64,000 nt of DNA, from assembly GCA_907165135.1 (NCBI GenBank), contig OU015568.1, positions 10,602,001-10,666,000 of the forward strand, read 5' to 3'. Positions 36,618-48,822 of this stretch are shown one piece after another. Below the pieces are notes generated by a model that had not been told where the DNA came from, searched no databases, and saw only the letters and a list, made by a program, of their open reading frames with translations. The DNA is from Oikopleura dioica (lineage: Eukaryota > Animalia > Chordata). The translations under genes were made by a program, and so were the position numbers. Within the stretch, counting starts at the first letter, position 1, and every line of letters starts with the position of its first letter.

Positions 36618-38852
36618 TATATTGATAGTTAGCAAGGACAAATTGTAAACTTGCGGTGTGAAATTAAAACTTGCTTTCAGCTGGGTGAGTAGTAAGTTAT
36701 GCGGCGGCGGTGCTCTAATCCAACACGGTGGCGGTGGTGCTGTCGCTAATCAACAGCTGAGGGACACCTGCTTGCGCCTACACCACCAAAAGTACATAGA
36801 GCGGTGTGCTCACTAGATTCTGACTAAATAGATAGCAGATGCGAAAATCGGCTTTCATGACTGAAATAACGTCAAAACCTATATATTTCTAAAAAAATAT
36901 GGAGGCCATATTTAGGATCACTTACAGATTATGCAATCACTTTTGATTGAGACGGCCAAACACGCTCCCCGATGAAACCGAGCCGGCCTCCTTTCAAAAG
37001 CCTTTTGCCGCCATCAATGACTTCCTTTATTAGAATTGGCCCTCAAGGATTATATTTTGCGCGGCCTCGCGAAATTTCGCTTTTTAGGAAGCGCAACCGG
37101 ATATGGCCACGCGTGGGAATCGCTACGGGAATTTTTCTATTCTGTACTTTGTTGCGTAAATAGCTGAAAGAAAGGGAATCGAGCTCGATAGCTTCGCCAG
37201 GGAGCTCTTGAGAGGGATCTACCCCGCTGAGGGGGCAAAAGTGGGGATTAAAAAACTGGTTGACCGACTTTTACGCAATTTACTGACGTTCAACAATACA
37301 CAATTAAAAGCAATTTGAGGGGCAGTTGTTTTTTCGTAGAAGAAAACCACAAGAAAGAGAGCTAGGGCGATAAAAACGCGCTGCCTCCACTTGTATTGAG
37401 TGGTGATTTGGGCGCCGATTCAAGTACCCTGTCACATCAACGCGATTTATTTCGCATAAATTACTATTCAAGATGTTATTATACCGACCAATGGTGGTGA
37501 AAAGCACCGCTGCGAGGGTGTAATCTTGTCGGGAGAGGACAGTTTTGGTCAAGAGCGAGCTCGAAAACCCTTTTTTCGTTAATTTTTTTATAACTTTTCT
37601 TGCAAATTTGAAGCTTGTTGAGAATATTTTTTTATGTATTTGGGCATGGTGCTCTTGATATTAGGCAAAAGTCAATTGAAACAGGTGACCCGGGGCGCGT
37701 TTATAGCTTTGCCCGGCTTGTTGAGGAGGTTTTTGGCACTTCCGCTTTTCGCGAAGGAATTTGGTAAAGTAGAATTAAACGGCTTTGAAACGCGTTTTCT
37801 GTTTACGTAAATTGGATTGTTTCTGCCGCCACCTGCGCAGATTCTATTTCGTAAAATTGTCTAAACGCGAACTCAATCTCCCGTCAAATTTTCCCGTCTG
37901 CAGTTTAAGCAATCAGGTTAGGGTCTGATCCAATTTTTTGCCTTTCCGAAGCCGGAGCCAAGCCATGGCCAAAGGCGATGTTTGTGCGCATACTCGGACG
38001 TTCAGTAAGGCTTGTGCATTCTTGGCACATGAGTAGCTGCAATCAGGGTTGAATACTTGACCTAAAGATGCTCCAATAGTTGAGGATGCAAAATCAATGA
38101 AGCTTGAAGCTTTGAACAGTGATTTTTTTTTTCGAAAATGAAGCAAATCGGTCGGACGGAAGTCGCCCAAGAAGCTGGCAAATCATCCGGAAACTCTAAT
38201 CATCGGAAAACGGCCTTGACGAGCTCTTATCTCTCCTTTCGGAACGCTAATTTTACAACGACAAATAAGGTCAAAATGAGTGCTTTGTTCTTATCGCATT
38301 TGAAAAAGGTCAAGGCTATGAGCTGATAAAAACAAATGATAAAAATAAAGAAGCCTGTTATTTTTTTTTAAGAAGATGCTTAAATTTTTATGAGCCTTGA
38401 CGATAATCATAATAATTTGTCGCGAAAAATTTGTCCTAAAAGGGCATTCTAAAATGACGCAAGGAGTTGAATGAATGATAACGGTGATAAAAGAGCGGTC
38501 GCCTGCTGAGATTTCCTTGGGGTGGGTGGTGGTGGGTTCGCTTCGCTACGGCGGTGGAAACGCGGTCGAAACGCGCGCATTGCGGCGGCGACAAGGCGGC
38601 GCTAGCGAGTTAAGGCGCCGCCGCCGCGTATCTTACCGAAGGACCTCTGCGCCGGAGCCACCCACCAAAGCGTAAAAACATCCAACGAAATACGAGAAAG
38701 CGCTTTTTATACTTTCTCTACTTGTTGCCTAAACATACCAATACAAAACACTTTTCAAAACGCGAAAAAAAAGACTTTCGAAGAGTAGAGAATTGTCGAA
38801 AATAGAGATCACGAGAAGAAAGAACGCGAAAATAAGAGCTGGGAATGTCATC

Positions 38853-41800
38853 ATGAGAATTTTGCTGCTGGCGTGTGCTGTCTTAGCTTATGGTAAGTCA
38901 GCATTCACTGAAATATTGTTACTGCTTTCTATCATTCTTGCGGTCAAGGATGTTGATTATTTAGTCACTTCTTCAGCTTGAAATTTTATTTTTAGAAAAA
39001 AACTATTTTGTGCACTATTACATTTGTATCTTAGATATTGAAAACCCTTAAGATTTTGAACAAATATGAGTTTTGTTGTCAATGACATGATGTCAAAATT
39101 TGGCTTAAAATTTCGCCTAGGAAAATATTTGCGCTCAGAAAGCTCCGTGGCACCCAGCATCGCAGAGCTCTCACCGCGATTTTTGAGTCTGTTGATAAGG
39201 GTGTGATAGTCACATTTGTTTGACATTATCACGCTAAGTGTGTACCCAATTTTGGGGATAAAGGTAATTTTCACCTCTTTGAAAAAACTCTCTTTTCCGG
39301 CGAATGAATTAACGGCAAAACTGATTTCTGAACTGAATTTTGAAAAGCAAATTTGCAAATATTGCAGAAGAAATGATCAAAAAGCGGAAGGCGATTTCCG
39401 AAAATGCAGTTTTCATTGCTGTCCAATGTTTATTCTAGCATCGTGTTTTTGAGGGCAAACTCGAGAATTCCTTGGAATTAAGGGGACGTCACTGCATCCA
39501 TCATTTTCTGTTGGAACTTTACTGTGATGAATTAGGGGCTTGTTATTATCGGATGAAATAATTGTTATTGTGATTTTAATTTACGAAAATTATGATAAAT
39601 GTTAAGCCAGAGAGTGATGACTTGATTGAAAACTTGAGTGCCAAATACAGGGCTTGAAATTGACAAAATAAAAAAATGATCATGAAAGTTTATGCTCGCT
39701 AACAATGAAGCCCAAGATTTTATGTTCGTAATAGTTGCTTGTGCATTTCTGCTGGTGTTTACGGGGAGCTAAACTTTGCGTGTGCCTTTTACGGGCAGCT
39801 GCCCGCTGACTATCTTTCCTCGTAGAAAGGGCAAACGCCTTTTCCTCGAGGGACTGCAGCACTAAGAGTTGTAGTTGATGCTTGGAAATGTCACCCGATG
39901 ATGTCTATTTATCGAACACCATCAACTTGGTGATTTATTGTTTCTAATTCCTTTGACTTTTTCGTATTATGCCAAGCTTTCAAAGCTAAACCTGTAAGTA
40001 GCACCGAAATGTCGAAGTGACTAGACCTGACGAAAAGTTGATTATTTTTAAAGATGGTAAAGGTAGAGCATCGATTATTTAGGAGATTTCCTCAGTCTTA
40101 AGAAATCTTCTCGTAAATGTAATTTGCCGGATGGAAAGTGATTTACGAGGGGATTTATTTTCTGAACAAACAGGAAGAGCTTTGATTTTTTGGATGATTT
40201 AATGGAAAAAAAATTATTTTGACGGGTCCATCAGTTCGATTTTTTAACTCCCTGCCGCGTTCTGGCCAATTTTTGGGGTCTCTGGCGAATAATCATAGAA
40301 CTTTCGACGGGAAGCTTTTGATTCATGAGAAAATTTCGCGTTTTCAAGGCCCAGTAAATTTGTAAAATCAACTTTGAATTTTAAGACTGTTAAGTTTTTC
40401 TATATCTCCTTGACAAAAAGTCATTGAAATGATCAAACGGGTAATGTCTTTGAATTTCGTCAATTTTCTCCTTTTATCAGACGCACCGGGCAGCTGCACC
40501 TGTCGCTTTATAATATTTTAAATTTCTCGCCCGGATGGTTTAGCCAGGTGCTCCAAACCCTCAAACTAGCGTAATTGGTCGTGAATTTCTCCCAAATAGA
40601 CTTTTATAAACACATTTAGCGCACACAACTTTCGTTCCTCTAAGCCGCTAGAAGAACACGAAAAGGTTAAATTCCTCTGGTAGCAAATCCTCTGTACCAG
40701 AACTTAATAATCTCGTGCTAAACAACTCGAAATGTCAAACGGGCGGCGAAGTTTTGCGAATATTTATCGCGACAGATATTCAATTTGCCATCGATTTGCC
40801 TCATCCCCTTTCCGAGCTTATTTTATTGACAAGGGAAGGATATTATCACAGCGACGGGTGTCCGATAGAAAGTATCAAAAGATAAATACCGCGAAAAAGT
40901 ATTGGAAATTTAGACCTCTGAAATGAAGGATCAATAAAATAGCCTAAAAATGATCCCTGATGAGTGGTCTTTCAAATCAAATTGAGAAATTATTTACAAA
41001 TTGTATCTTTGCATGAAATTGTAGGAAAAATAAACACCAAATTAATATTTAGAAATGCTCCGCTGCAGGTGTCCGGTGGAGCCCCTTTTTTCGAAAATTT
41101 CCGAAATTTGAGCCATTGAGAAAACTCAGTGAAGCTCAATTGAGCTTTCGTCAATGTATTTGCCGCCACCTCGGGCTCACAATAAGAAACTGTGTTTGGA
41201 CAGTTTTGAGCAAATTCACATTTTCGTTTGAGCAGCGGGCAGCAGGGGACGGTGGAATTTTTTACCGTTTATTCTCGGTTTTTAGAAAAATGCGAGCGGG
41301 AAATTTTAATTCATCACCTGCTCAGCCGATAAGCGTCAAGTCAAGTGATAAGGAGCTCAGATTTTCGCTGCGAAAATAAATTATTTCAACTTTAAAATTT
41401 TTAATTTCGAGATCATGTTTTTCAACATGAAAATATTTTACGAAACTTGCATTTCCACAACCAACAAAAAACGGAAAGAAATTATCAAAGCAAAAGTTAA
41501 AAGCGCGGTCGGAATGTTACGAGCGAAGGTGTAAGTTTACGATCGCGCTCGTAACAGACACCAAATTATAATTATCGCAAAAAGCCAATCATCAAAGACG
41601 CGCAGAGCTAGCGTCGGAAATTGGGGCTGGGTATTTAACATTAGCGAATTAGGGTTATTTTACAATTGACAAGTTATATTATAATTGAAGCTTTGATTGA
41701 TGGCTAAAAATAGAAGTCGATAGGAGTGTAAATCGTATTTTTAGATTTTTTATTTTCATATAAACAAGATGTTTACAAAATCAATTCATTAGAACTGAAA

Positions 41801-44800
41801 GTGCAAATTTTGATTTTTTGCTTTTAGATGTGCGAATCGAGTACTCTGGCGAGCTGAGCAGTGGCGCAGACAGCCAACATGCAATCCTCTTACCGAACCA
41901 GAATGCGAGTTTTAAATGCATCGTCCCGCGCTCCACTGTCGCGGTGAAGTGGTTTCTTGACGCCCGGCTGTTGGGGACTTCGCTGGTCAACGACAGGCGC
42001 CCAGACAAATCGAGCTGGGAAAATTCCTTTCCAGAAGATGAGCTCGACTTCGTGCTGGAGCCGTTGGATACGAAAGCGCTCAACCCTAGGGAGCAGTTCA
42101 AAGCGCTGAAGGCGCATTCTCAGCTGACGCGCGCGGGTGGGAATAGATCAAGACGAAGCTCGCGAAGGGTGATGGAAGACCACCCATGGATGATCCGCAA
42201 GGGCAATATAATGATGATTACCGATGTTAATGAGAAGATCGAAGGCTCATTTAGTTGTGTCGCCAAGCTGAAAAAGACAGCGATCGCTTCCGAGCCAATT
42301 AAACTCACCATCGCCAGTAAGTACCTTCTTGAATAAAAAAATTCGAAATGCCATCGAGTCTGAGCTGATGGGATTATCCTCTTATTCTCTGACCATGAAG
42401 ATACAAAAGACTGAATGGCCCGTGAGAAAGTGAATCTCATTAATTATTTCAGAACTTGGCAAGTTCTGGAACCTCGGCAATCTTGGCCCTGTGCGGAGCG
42501 AAGTTAACCAGCCCGTGATGTTGGACTGTCCGGATATTGATTCCACGCCGGAAGCGCGTTTCAATTGGTTCAAGGTCGCCCAAGACGGTGAAAGACAGTT
42601 ACTTCGTGATAATGGTTAGTACTTTTAGATCAAAGAACTCCGGGCAAATATAAAATTGACACATTTCCGTCAACTCGATTATACAGTAGTCTTCGCTTGT
42701 GAAATCGTAACGGGTACCACATGTGAGAAATATCAAAGCGCAACTGCCGCCACGGTCAAATGTGGTTAATATTGACATTTTCAGATCCTCGTTACGACTT
42801 CCATCGAAATGGAAAGAAGCTTTTTATCAAATCCGTTCAACCAGGAGACGAAGGAAGCTACACATGCGAGGCGGTCAACGACTTTCTCGGTCGAAGCCAA
42901 AAGCTGTGGGCCTTCAGCAATCCAAAAGGTGAGATGCAAAGAATGCTCGAATTTTAACGCCGCTTTTTCGTGTTTTTCGCGAAGCCCGCGCTAACCGCAA
43001 GGTTGTGACCAAACACATTCCACCGGTTGAAATTCACACATTCAAAATACTGACATTTACAATTTAAGAAGTCAAAATTGTCGCCAACGGCATCTCCAAC
43101 CAATATCGACGCATCCCACTCAATTCTGTTTTGGGACAAGATCTTGTTCTCGAGCCCGCTTCGAATTCAGCTAGGTGGTACTTCAATAATGAGAAGCTCA
43201 CGCCAGGACGAGGAGGATTTGACTCGCTGAGTCTTGAGAACGGTAGGTTTCGGTTACTGCTGATGCGATACTGTATCTCAGTTGCGCTCTCTTTTGATCT
43301 TTTTATTCAAATATACGTTCAAAGGAATTCTCATGGTGCGCGGTCTTTCTATGCGAAACGAGGGTCAGTACACCAGCATCGATGAATCCAGGAATGTTAC
43401 GTTCCAATATGACGTACGACTATCATGTAAGTAACCACCTTCGAAATGGCACACTGGCATAAATATCTCCAAGGACTCTCTAGTTCGAGGAAGGAAAAAT
43501 AACTTCCGTCTGTCATGTTCAGAATCGATAAGACGAGATCGAACTTTAGACCACACTTGCTGTTTATTGTCCTTGTTGTCATCACTCATTGATGATATTC
43601 TATTTTAGATCCGCCGCGATTTACAGATTCTCTACCAGATACAGTAACCGTTGATGAGTGCCGAAGAGGCTCTCGCTGCCCGATGGTAGAATGCCCGGTA
43701 AGTTTATAATCACGTGTTTTATGTTACGCGGGAAATCTTCAAAAGCGCTGATAAATCTGCTTATCATTTGCTTCCTTCCTGCACAACTACGACCAAAGTC
43801 AATTTTTGATGAGCTTGTCACCTTTTGCATCGGAATAGGATGTCCTATTGTCGGCATTGAAGGGTTTATGGCCCGCTAGAGGAGATAGCTCCGAGTTATT
43901 CCGCTCATTAAAACAATGCCACGTATTCCTAGATTCTTTCTCAGATCTTTCATTTAGAACTTCATCGCATATCCGGAAGGAAAGGTGAAATGGAAAGTAA
44001 ACGGACGAGAACTTTCGGAGAGCGAGCGAACTATTCCCGTGCGAACAAACGAGTATTACTCCAACGATGAAAAGAGTATTTACCAATGCTTTGTGTCAAA
44101 CGAGCTCGGGGACATTAGCTTCACGCAGACTGTACATATACGATCAAAGGAAAAGAGTTGAGAATGATTTACTGAATGCTTGACCATAGTAACCGCCAGT
44201 TGATAAAATAAACGCCGAGTTGCTTTCCAACTCCAATAAAGTCAGCACCAAAGTTCAAAGAAGAAAAGTTTCCAGTTAAACTCAAGGATGTCATGTGTCA
44301 CCAGGCTGGTGATGCTTACAATATCACAGTCGAATGGAAAAGCTCGCTTATCAGCCCTGGGACGCTCTGTTTCTCTGTGTACAAAGAAGACAACGAAGAG
44401 AACTTTAATCTCTACCAGGTACAAATATCCAGAAGTAAACAAAAATCTAGCCAATTTTTAGCTGAGCTACGAAAAAGACAAGCAGAAAAAATGCATCAAT
44501 TCTGACGAGTTGGAAATCCAAATCCCAGTAGATTCTTCTGGCGAGTATCTTGTCGAGCTGAACGCTGGGAAAACGAGGAGAAAAGAACCAACGAGACGCG
44601 TTACGTGCCCGATCCGGCGACCTAGACTATGTCCTCGACGAGAGAAGCTTCCCAGATCGATCCCATCCGTCATGGAAGTAAACGCACAGACTGCGCATTT
44701 GGACACGGGCGTCGACGCTGTGACTGTAGACTGGCAGGTTGATAGATTCATCAAGACGACGGGCTCCGTGTGGGACAGGTAAACTAGATTCTCTAATTGT

Positions 44801-46737
44801 CTATTTATCCCTCTTTCTTATAGATTCGAAATTCAATGCAAAGTCAACGGAAAATGGAAATCAGACTTAGAACGTCACATTAATGTTTCACTCGCAGAAG
44901 TTCCCTCTGCCACCGAACTACCTCACTTTGCGTTTCCTTATCAACTGACAGAGTTTGACACATCGCAGCGCGTGCAATTTCGAGTGCGCCGGATCTGGTC
45001 CCGGACGTGCATCTCCGACAAGTCGGAATGGGCAAAGTCCAATGAGATTTTTATTCAGAAGCCTCAAGGTAAGTTACTCATTTTCAAATCAGTGCAAGCG
45101 CATATTCAGTAACCTCAACGCTTCAACTTCAAAACCCCCCTTCTTCGATCTCAGTTACTATCACTCACGACGGAAGATCAGCCTTCTGGATTCATCTCAT
45201 GAGCTCGCGAGTTTCGCAAAATGTTGGAGCAGTTAAAATTTGTTGGGCCGAAGCAACCCCTTACGCCGCGATAAAACGAAAAGCCGTTTGCGTAAGTATA
45301 AAGCTTCTTGAATTTGCCTGTAATTGAAATTATTCAGCATCAAACTGGTGATTTCAACACAAGAGAAGTGGACATTGAGCTCGCTGACATTCCGGAAACA
45401 AGCGCATCGTGGACAATTTCAGTTTTCTCTCAGGATTATCAAATATACCAAAAGACAATTGAGCTCCAACGCCTGCGTTCAGAAGGTTAGGGTTCCGCAC
45501 GATCGGAGGACCCAAATTTCAAAAACCAAAATTAACTATAAGAAATTTTGAAGTTTTAAGTGGGATTGAGGTTTTCGACTATGGCGAAGAAAATGACGAT
45601 ACTTATATTCTGATAACTCTTAAAATTCACCGATTTATCTCGGTTTTTCCGGTATATTTCTGTCGCACGCGTTCAGTCGCCCTCCCATTAAAAAGAACAC
45701 CAAAAAATAATAGTTTTCGTTTTTAAATGAAATTATAACTCAGCGAACTTTTTGTGTGCTGATCAATTAAAGTTTTCAAAACTATTATCATTTTTATTTC
45801 CCGCGCGCTGATTGGTCGAATTTCTGACTGTGTTGTTCAGATGGAAGAATCTTCAGTCTAGAAAAAGTCGCTTGCGCAGCTGACCAATCAGAGCGCATAA
45901 GCCTTTTAAACTTTATATTTTTGAATAGCTTTAAAATAACCAAAGAAATGGCTTTGGGGGGAAACTAGGATCGGATATGGATTCTACTAGTCATTTTTAG
46001 TATAATTTAAAAATTTTGGTAAATATAAAGTCTCTGTCCGAATCGTGCGGAACCCTACAGAAGGTACAGTACTACAATCAATACAAATTAGAATGAATGA
46101 AATTTTAGTTTCTTATTCCAACTCGGCTCCATACAGAATATCCGCCGCAGCGACTCCAGAAATCACTAAAGGCGGGTGGAATCCATTGAACTGCTTCGAC
46201 GCCAATACGGTAAGTGGAGAATTATCGACTCGATGCTAGTGCTGGCAGAACAATGAATAATATTTGTCTTTTAGACCATTCAAGGCGTGATTGTTGGGAT
46301 TTTGGCCATATTTCTGGTTTTCTGTATAGCAAGCGTCGTGTATATCCTTAAATTCAAGCGATTACCGCAACACAATGGCCAGATTACCTCGAAGAAAGAA
46401 ATCGACCAGAGAAGGACTAGACGAGGTGATTTCGGGCTTGAAAAAGAAACGCCACCGCCTGAATACCCTGCTGACGAGGTAGCAATATCTCAAAGTTCAA
46501 AACTCTTAAATTGATTTTTTATAGATTCGAGACACATCAACCCTCTTACGACAGCAACCAAAAAGAGTGGCTTTGCCTCCTCTCAGCACATTTGGGAACT
46601 CGATGATTCTCGAAAATCCAAAAGTGCAATCAACGACGACTACTCCAACTCCACTGATGCGAGATTATAACTCTCAATCAACGATTCCTTACTCTGGTAC
46701 ATTGTCAATAAGAAACCAGAATAACGACTGTTCATAA
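38853..46737 (+). CDS. Type I receptor: signal peptide, ~4 Ig, ~3 FN3, TM, short cytoplasmic tail (BOC/CDON/iHog-like)
   Basis: Signal exon MRILLLACAVLAY at 38853. Ig motifs GSFSCVA, DEGSYTCEAVN and IYQCFVSNELG. FN3-like strands (VTVDWQ...VQFRVRR). TM VIVGILAIFLVFCIASVVYIL. The 3' end is approximate. Confidence 0.75.
45488..46057. mobile_element. 570-bp hAT-like MITE forming essentially a whole intron (45486-46060)
   Basis: TIR TAGGGTTCCGCACGAT (16 bp perfect). The 8-bp TSD CAGAAGGT is at 45480-45487 and 46058-46065. Confidence 0.92.
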
Positions 46738-47072
46738 ACATAAACTCTTCAATACTGTACATATCTGTATCGAAAGAAATACCTTATCAAAAAATCAGGA
46801 AGTCAGTAAGGACAAAATATGACTTCTAATACCTCAAATATACTTTTGCACATCTTACTGCCGAATAAAACTTGACCTCCTTAACAAATAGTTAACTTTA
46901 TTTTTGTTATATTCACGTTGTCATTTTAGCAAACAAATTTTACAAGAAAAAGAGGTATAACGGCCCGTGAATTGTCTTGCCCTGAAGAACAATTCGCGTA
47001 GATAAACACATTCAAGAGAACGGCCGACTGTTATAGACTATAACTTATAGTGACTACATCGAAATATTTTTA

Positions 47073-48041
47073 ATGAGTGATGAAGATACCTATATTAGTT
47101 GTAGTGAGGTGTCCGACTGGACCAGAGAGGACGTCCCTACCAGACGGACTGATCAAGTAAATGCAGAAATAGCTAACAGTGGTCCAAACAACGAAATAAT
47201 GGCTGTATGGAGAAAACTTGCCGACTCTGACAAGCAAATCTATGAGATGAAAGAGGAAATTCAGATTTTACGGGAGAAAAATTTAAAACTAACAGACACA
47301 AACAAGAATTTGGAAAGCAAACAGGGCGAACTAGTGGAAAAATTAAATAAATTAGAAAAAACTAGTCTCAAGGATGGAAAACTATTCAAAAGAGAACTAT
47401 CAGAACTCAAAAAAGGTTTTTCTCGAATGCGGACTATATTGGCGCCAAAAGATCATCAGGTGAACGAGCGCAGTCAAAATGAAAACGAAGACAGCTACAC
47501 AAATAGAGAAGAAATTTCTGATAAGCTTGATCTTCTCTTCTCTCACTTAAATACTGCAGTTTTTACTTTATCCGCCACAGACAACTTTGATCTGCAAGGA
47601 ATTTCAAATTCTGAAGTACTTGACTCAATAATAACCCGGTGGGAATTTCAGTTCGGTTTAAGATCTAGCTTGCGCGGAGTCAATGACATCGTTTTTATAT
47701 TTGAACATATAGATAAATAAACTATCCGAGAAGAAACTGTAATTTTTGAGCTTTCTATGGAATCAAACGATGAAAAATGGAAACAACTAGAATTGTATGC
47801 AAAAATTGAAGTGTACTCTTTAGACGAACGTTTTGCGACATTTAACAAAATATCAATGAATTCAAGTACCAATGAAGATAATTATCATCATAAATTGTTG
47901 AAATTTCATCTCCCCCTATATTACGAGCATCATTCACAAATAAAACCGTTAACTAGCTTTAAAATAACAATCTTTAAAAATATACTAGATCGCCAAAACA
48001 ATTCGCGCTTTCCGACGATTCCGATGAATTTCGACCAATAA
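47073..48041 (+). pseudogene. Intronless coiled-coil plus beta-rich ORF interrupted by one in-frame TAA (47718-47720)
   Basis: ORFs 47073-47720 and 47757-48041 share a frame, and the gap between them is open apart from that single stop. Confidence 0.5.
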
Positions 48042-48103
48042 ATTGATTTATAAAATAACCCGTTTTATTTGGCAGATTTGCACATAACTAAAAATGCAAA
48101 GAT

Positions 48104-48647
48104 TTAGAGACGCAGTTTTCTGAGCTCATCTTCATATCGAACAGTAGTTTTAGATGTTGGCTTGTGTCGTTTTTGATATCGGAATTTTGACGTCTTGCTC
48201 TGTCGTTTCGTCTTTATTGGATCGAGCTCACTCTTTTTGTTCCTTAATTTTTGTATGAAAGTGATCTCGCGTACACAACTTACCCAGCAGATAAGTTTGC
48301 AAGAGGGTTCATCGAGTTGCTGACATTATTTTTTAATCTTTTCGGGGTCAAAATTAAGGCAAAAATAAATACCAAATATCAACTAGTCTTTCGGACCCAA
48401 ACACGACAGCACAAGTACAACGGTCCGAAAATGCAAAGCAGAATGAATAAAACGAAAGCCCATGTGTATTGAGTTCGAAGCTCCTCCCAAAATCCTATCT
48501 GGTAGTCGTTAGACAAAGCATACCGTGCATAAATACCCGAATATACTTGATTTTCTGTCCAGTTTCAGGGTCCACTTCTATCTCTGCCTCTGGAACAAGC
48601 GTTTTTCCTGCAACTGCTGCTGCTAAAAGTACGAAACGCATCGCCAT
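48104..48647 (-). CDS. Small type I membrane protein with signal peptide and basic tail (hypothetical)
   Basis: MAMRFVLLAAAVAGKTLVPE... then TM TWAFVLFILLCIFGPLYLCC, ending ...YEDELRKLRL*. Short GT-AG introns. Confidence 0.55.
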
Positions 48648-48822
48648 TGACTCCTAAAATGCATGCAAACAAGACAACCATTGCTGCTCTAGAAACGCAT
48701 CGCAACTCGTTTTTTCGTGAATAGTGGACTTTATTAGGAAGAAGAATGATAGGCTAAGAAAAATGGAAATTGAAACTGATAAGAAATCATGAGGATAGGC
48801 GCAGCATGAGATGAGTTTGGAG

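Noticed and set aside
37913-38326. Short ORFs with possible splice sites before the Ig/FN3 gene
   Set aside because: No coherent gene model or family similarity could be built by eye.
45488-46057. Reading the intronic MITE as Tc1/mariner with a TA TSD
   Set aside because: The TA dinucleotides belong to the TIR (TAGGG...CCCTA), and a perfect 8-bp duplication lies immediately outside them.
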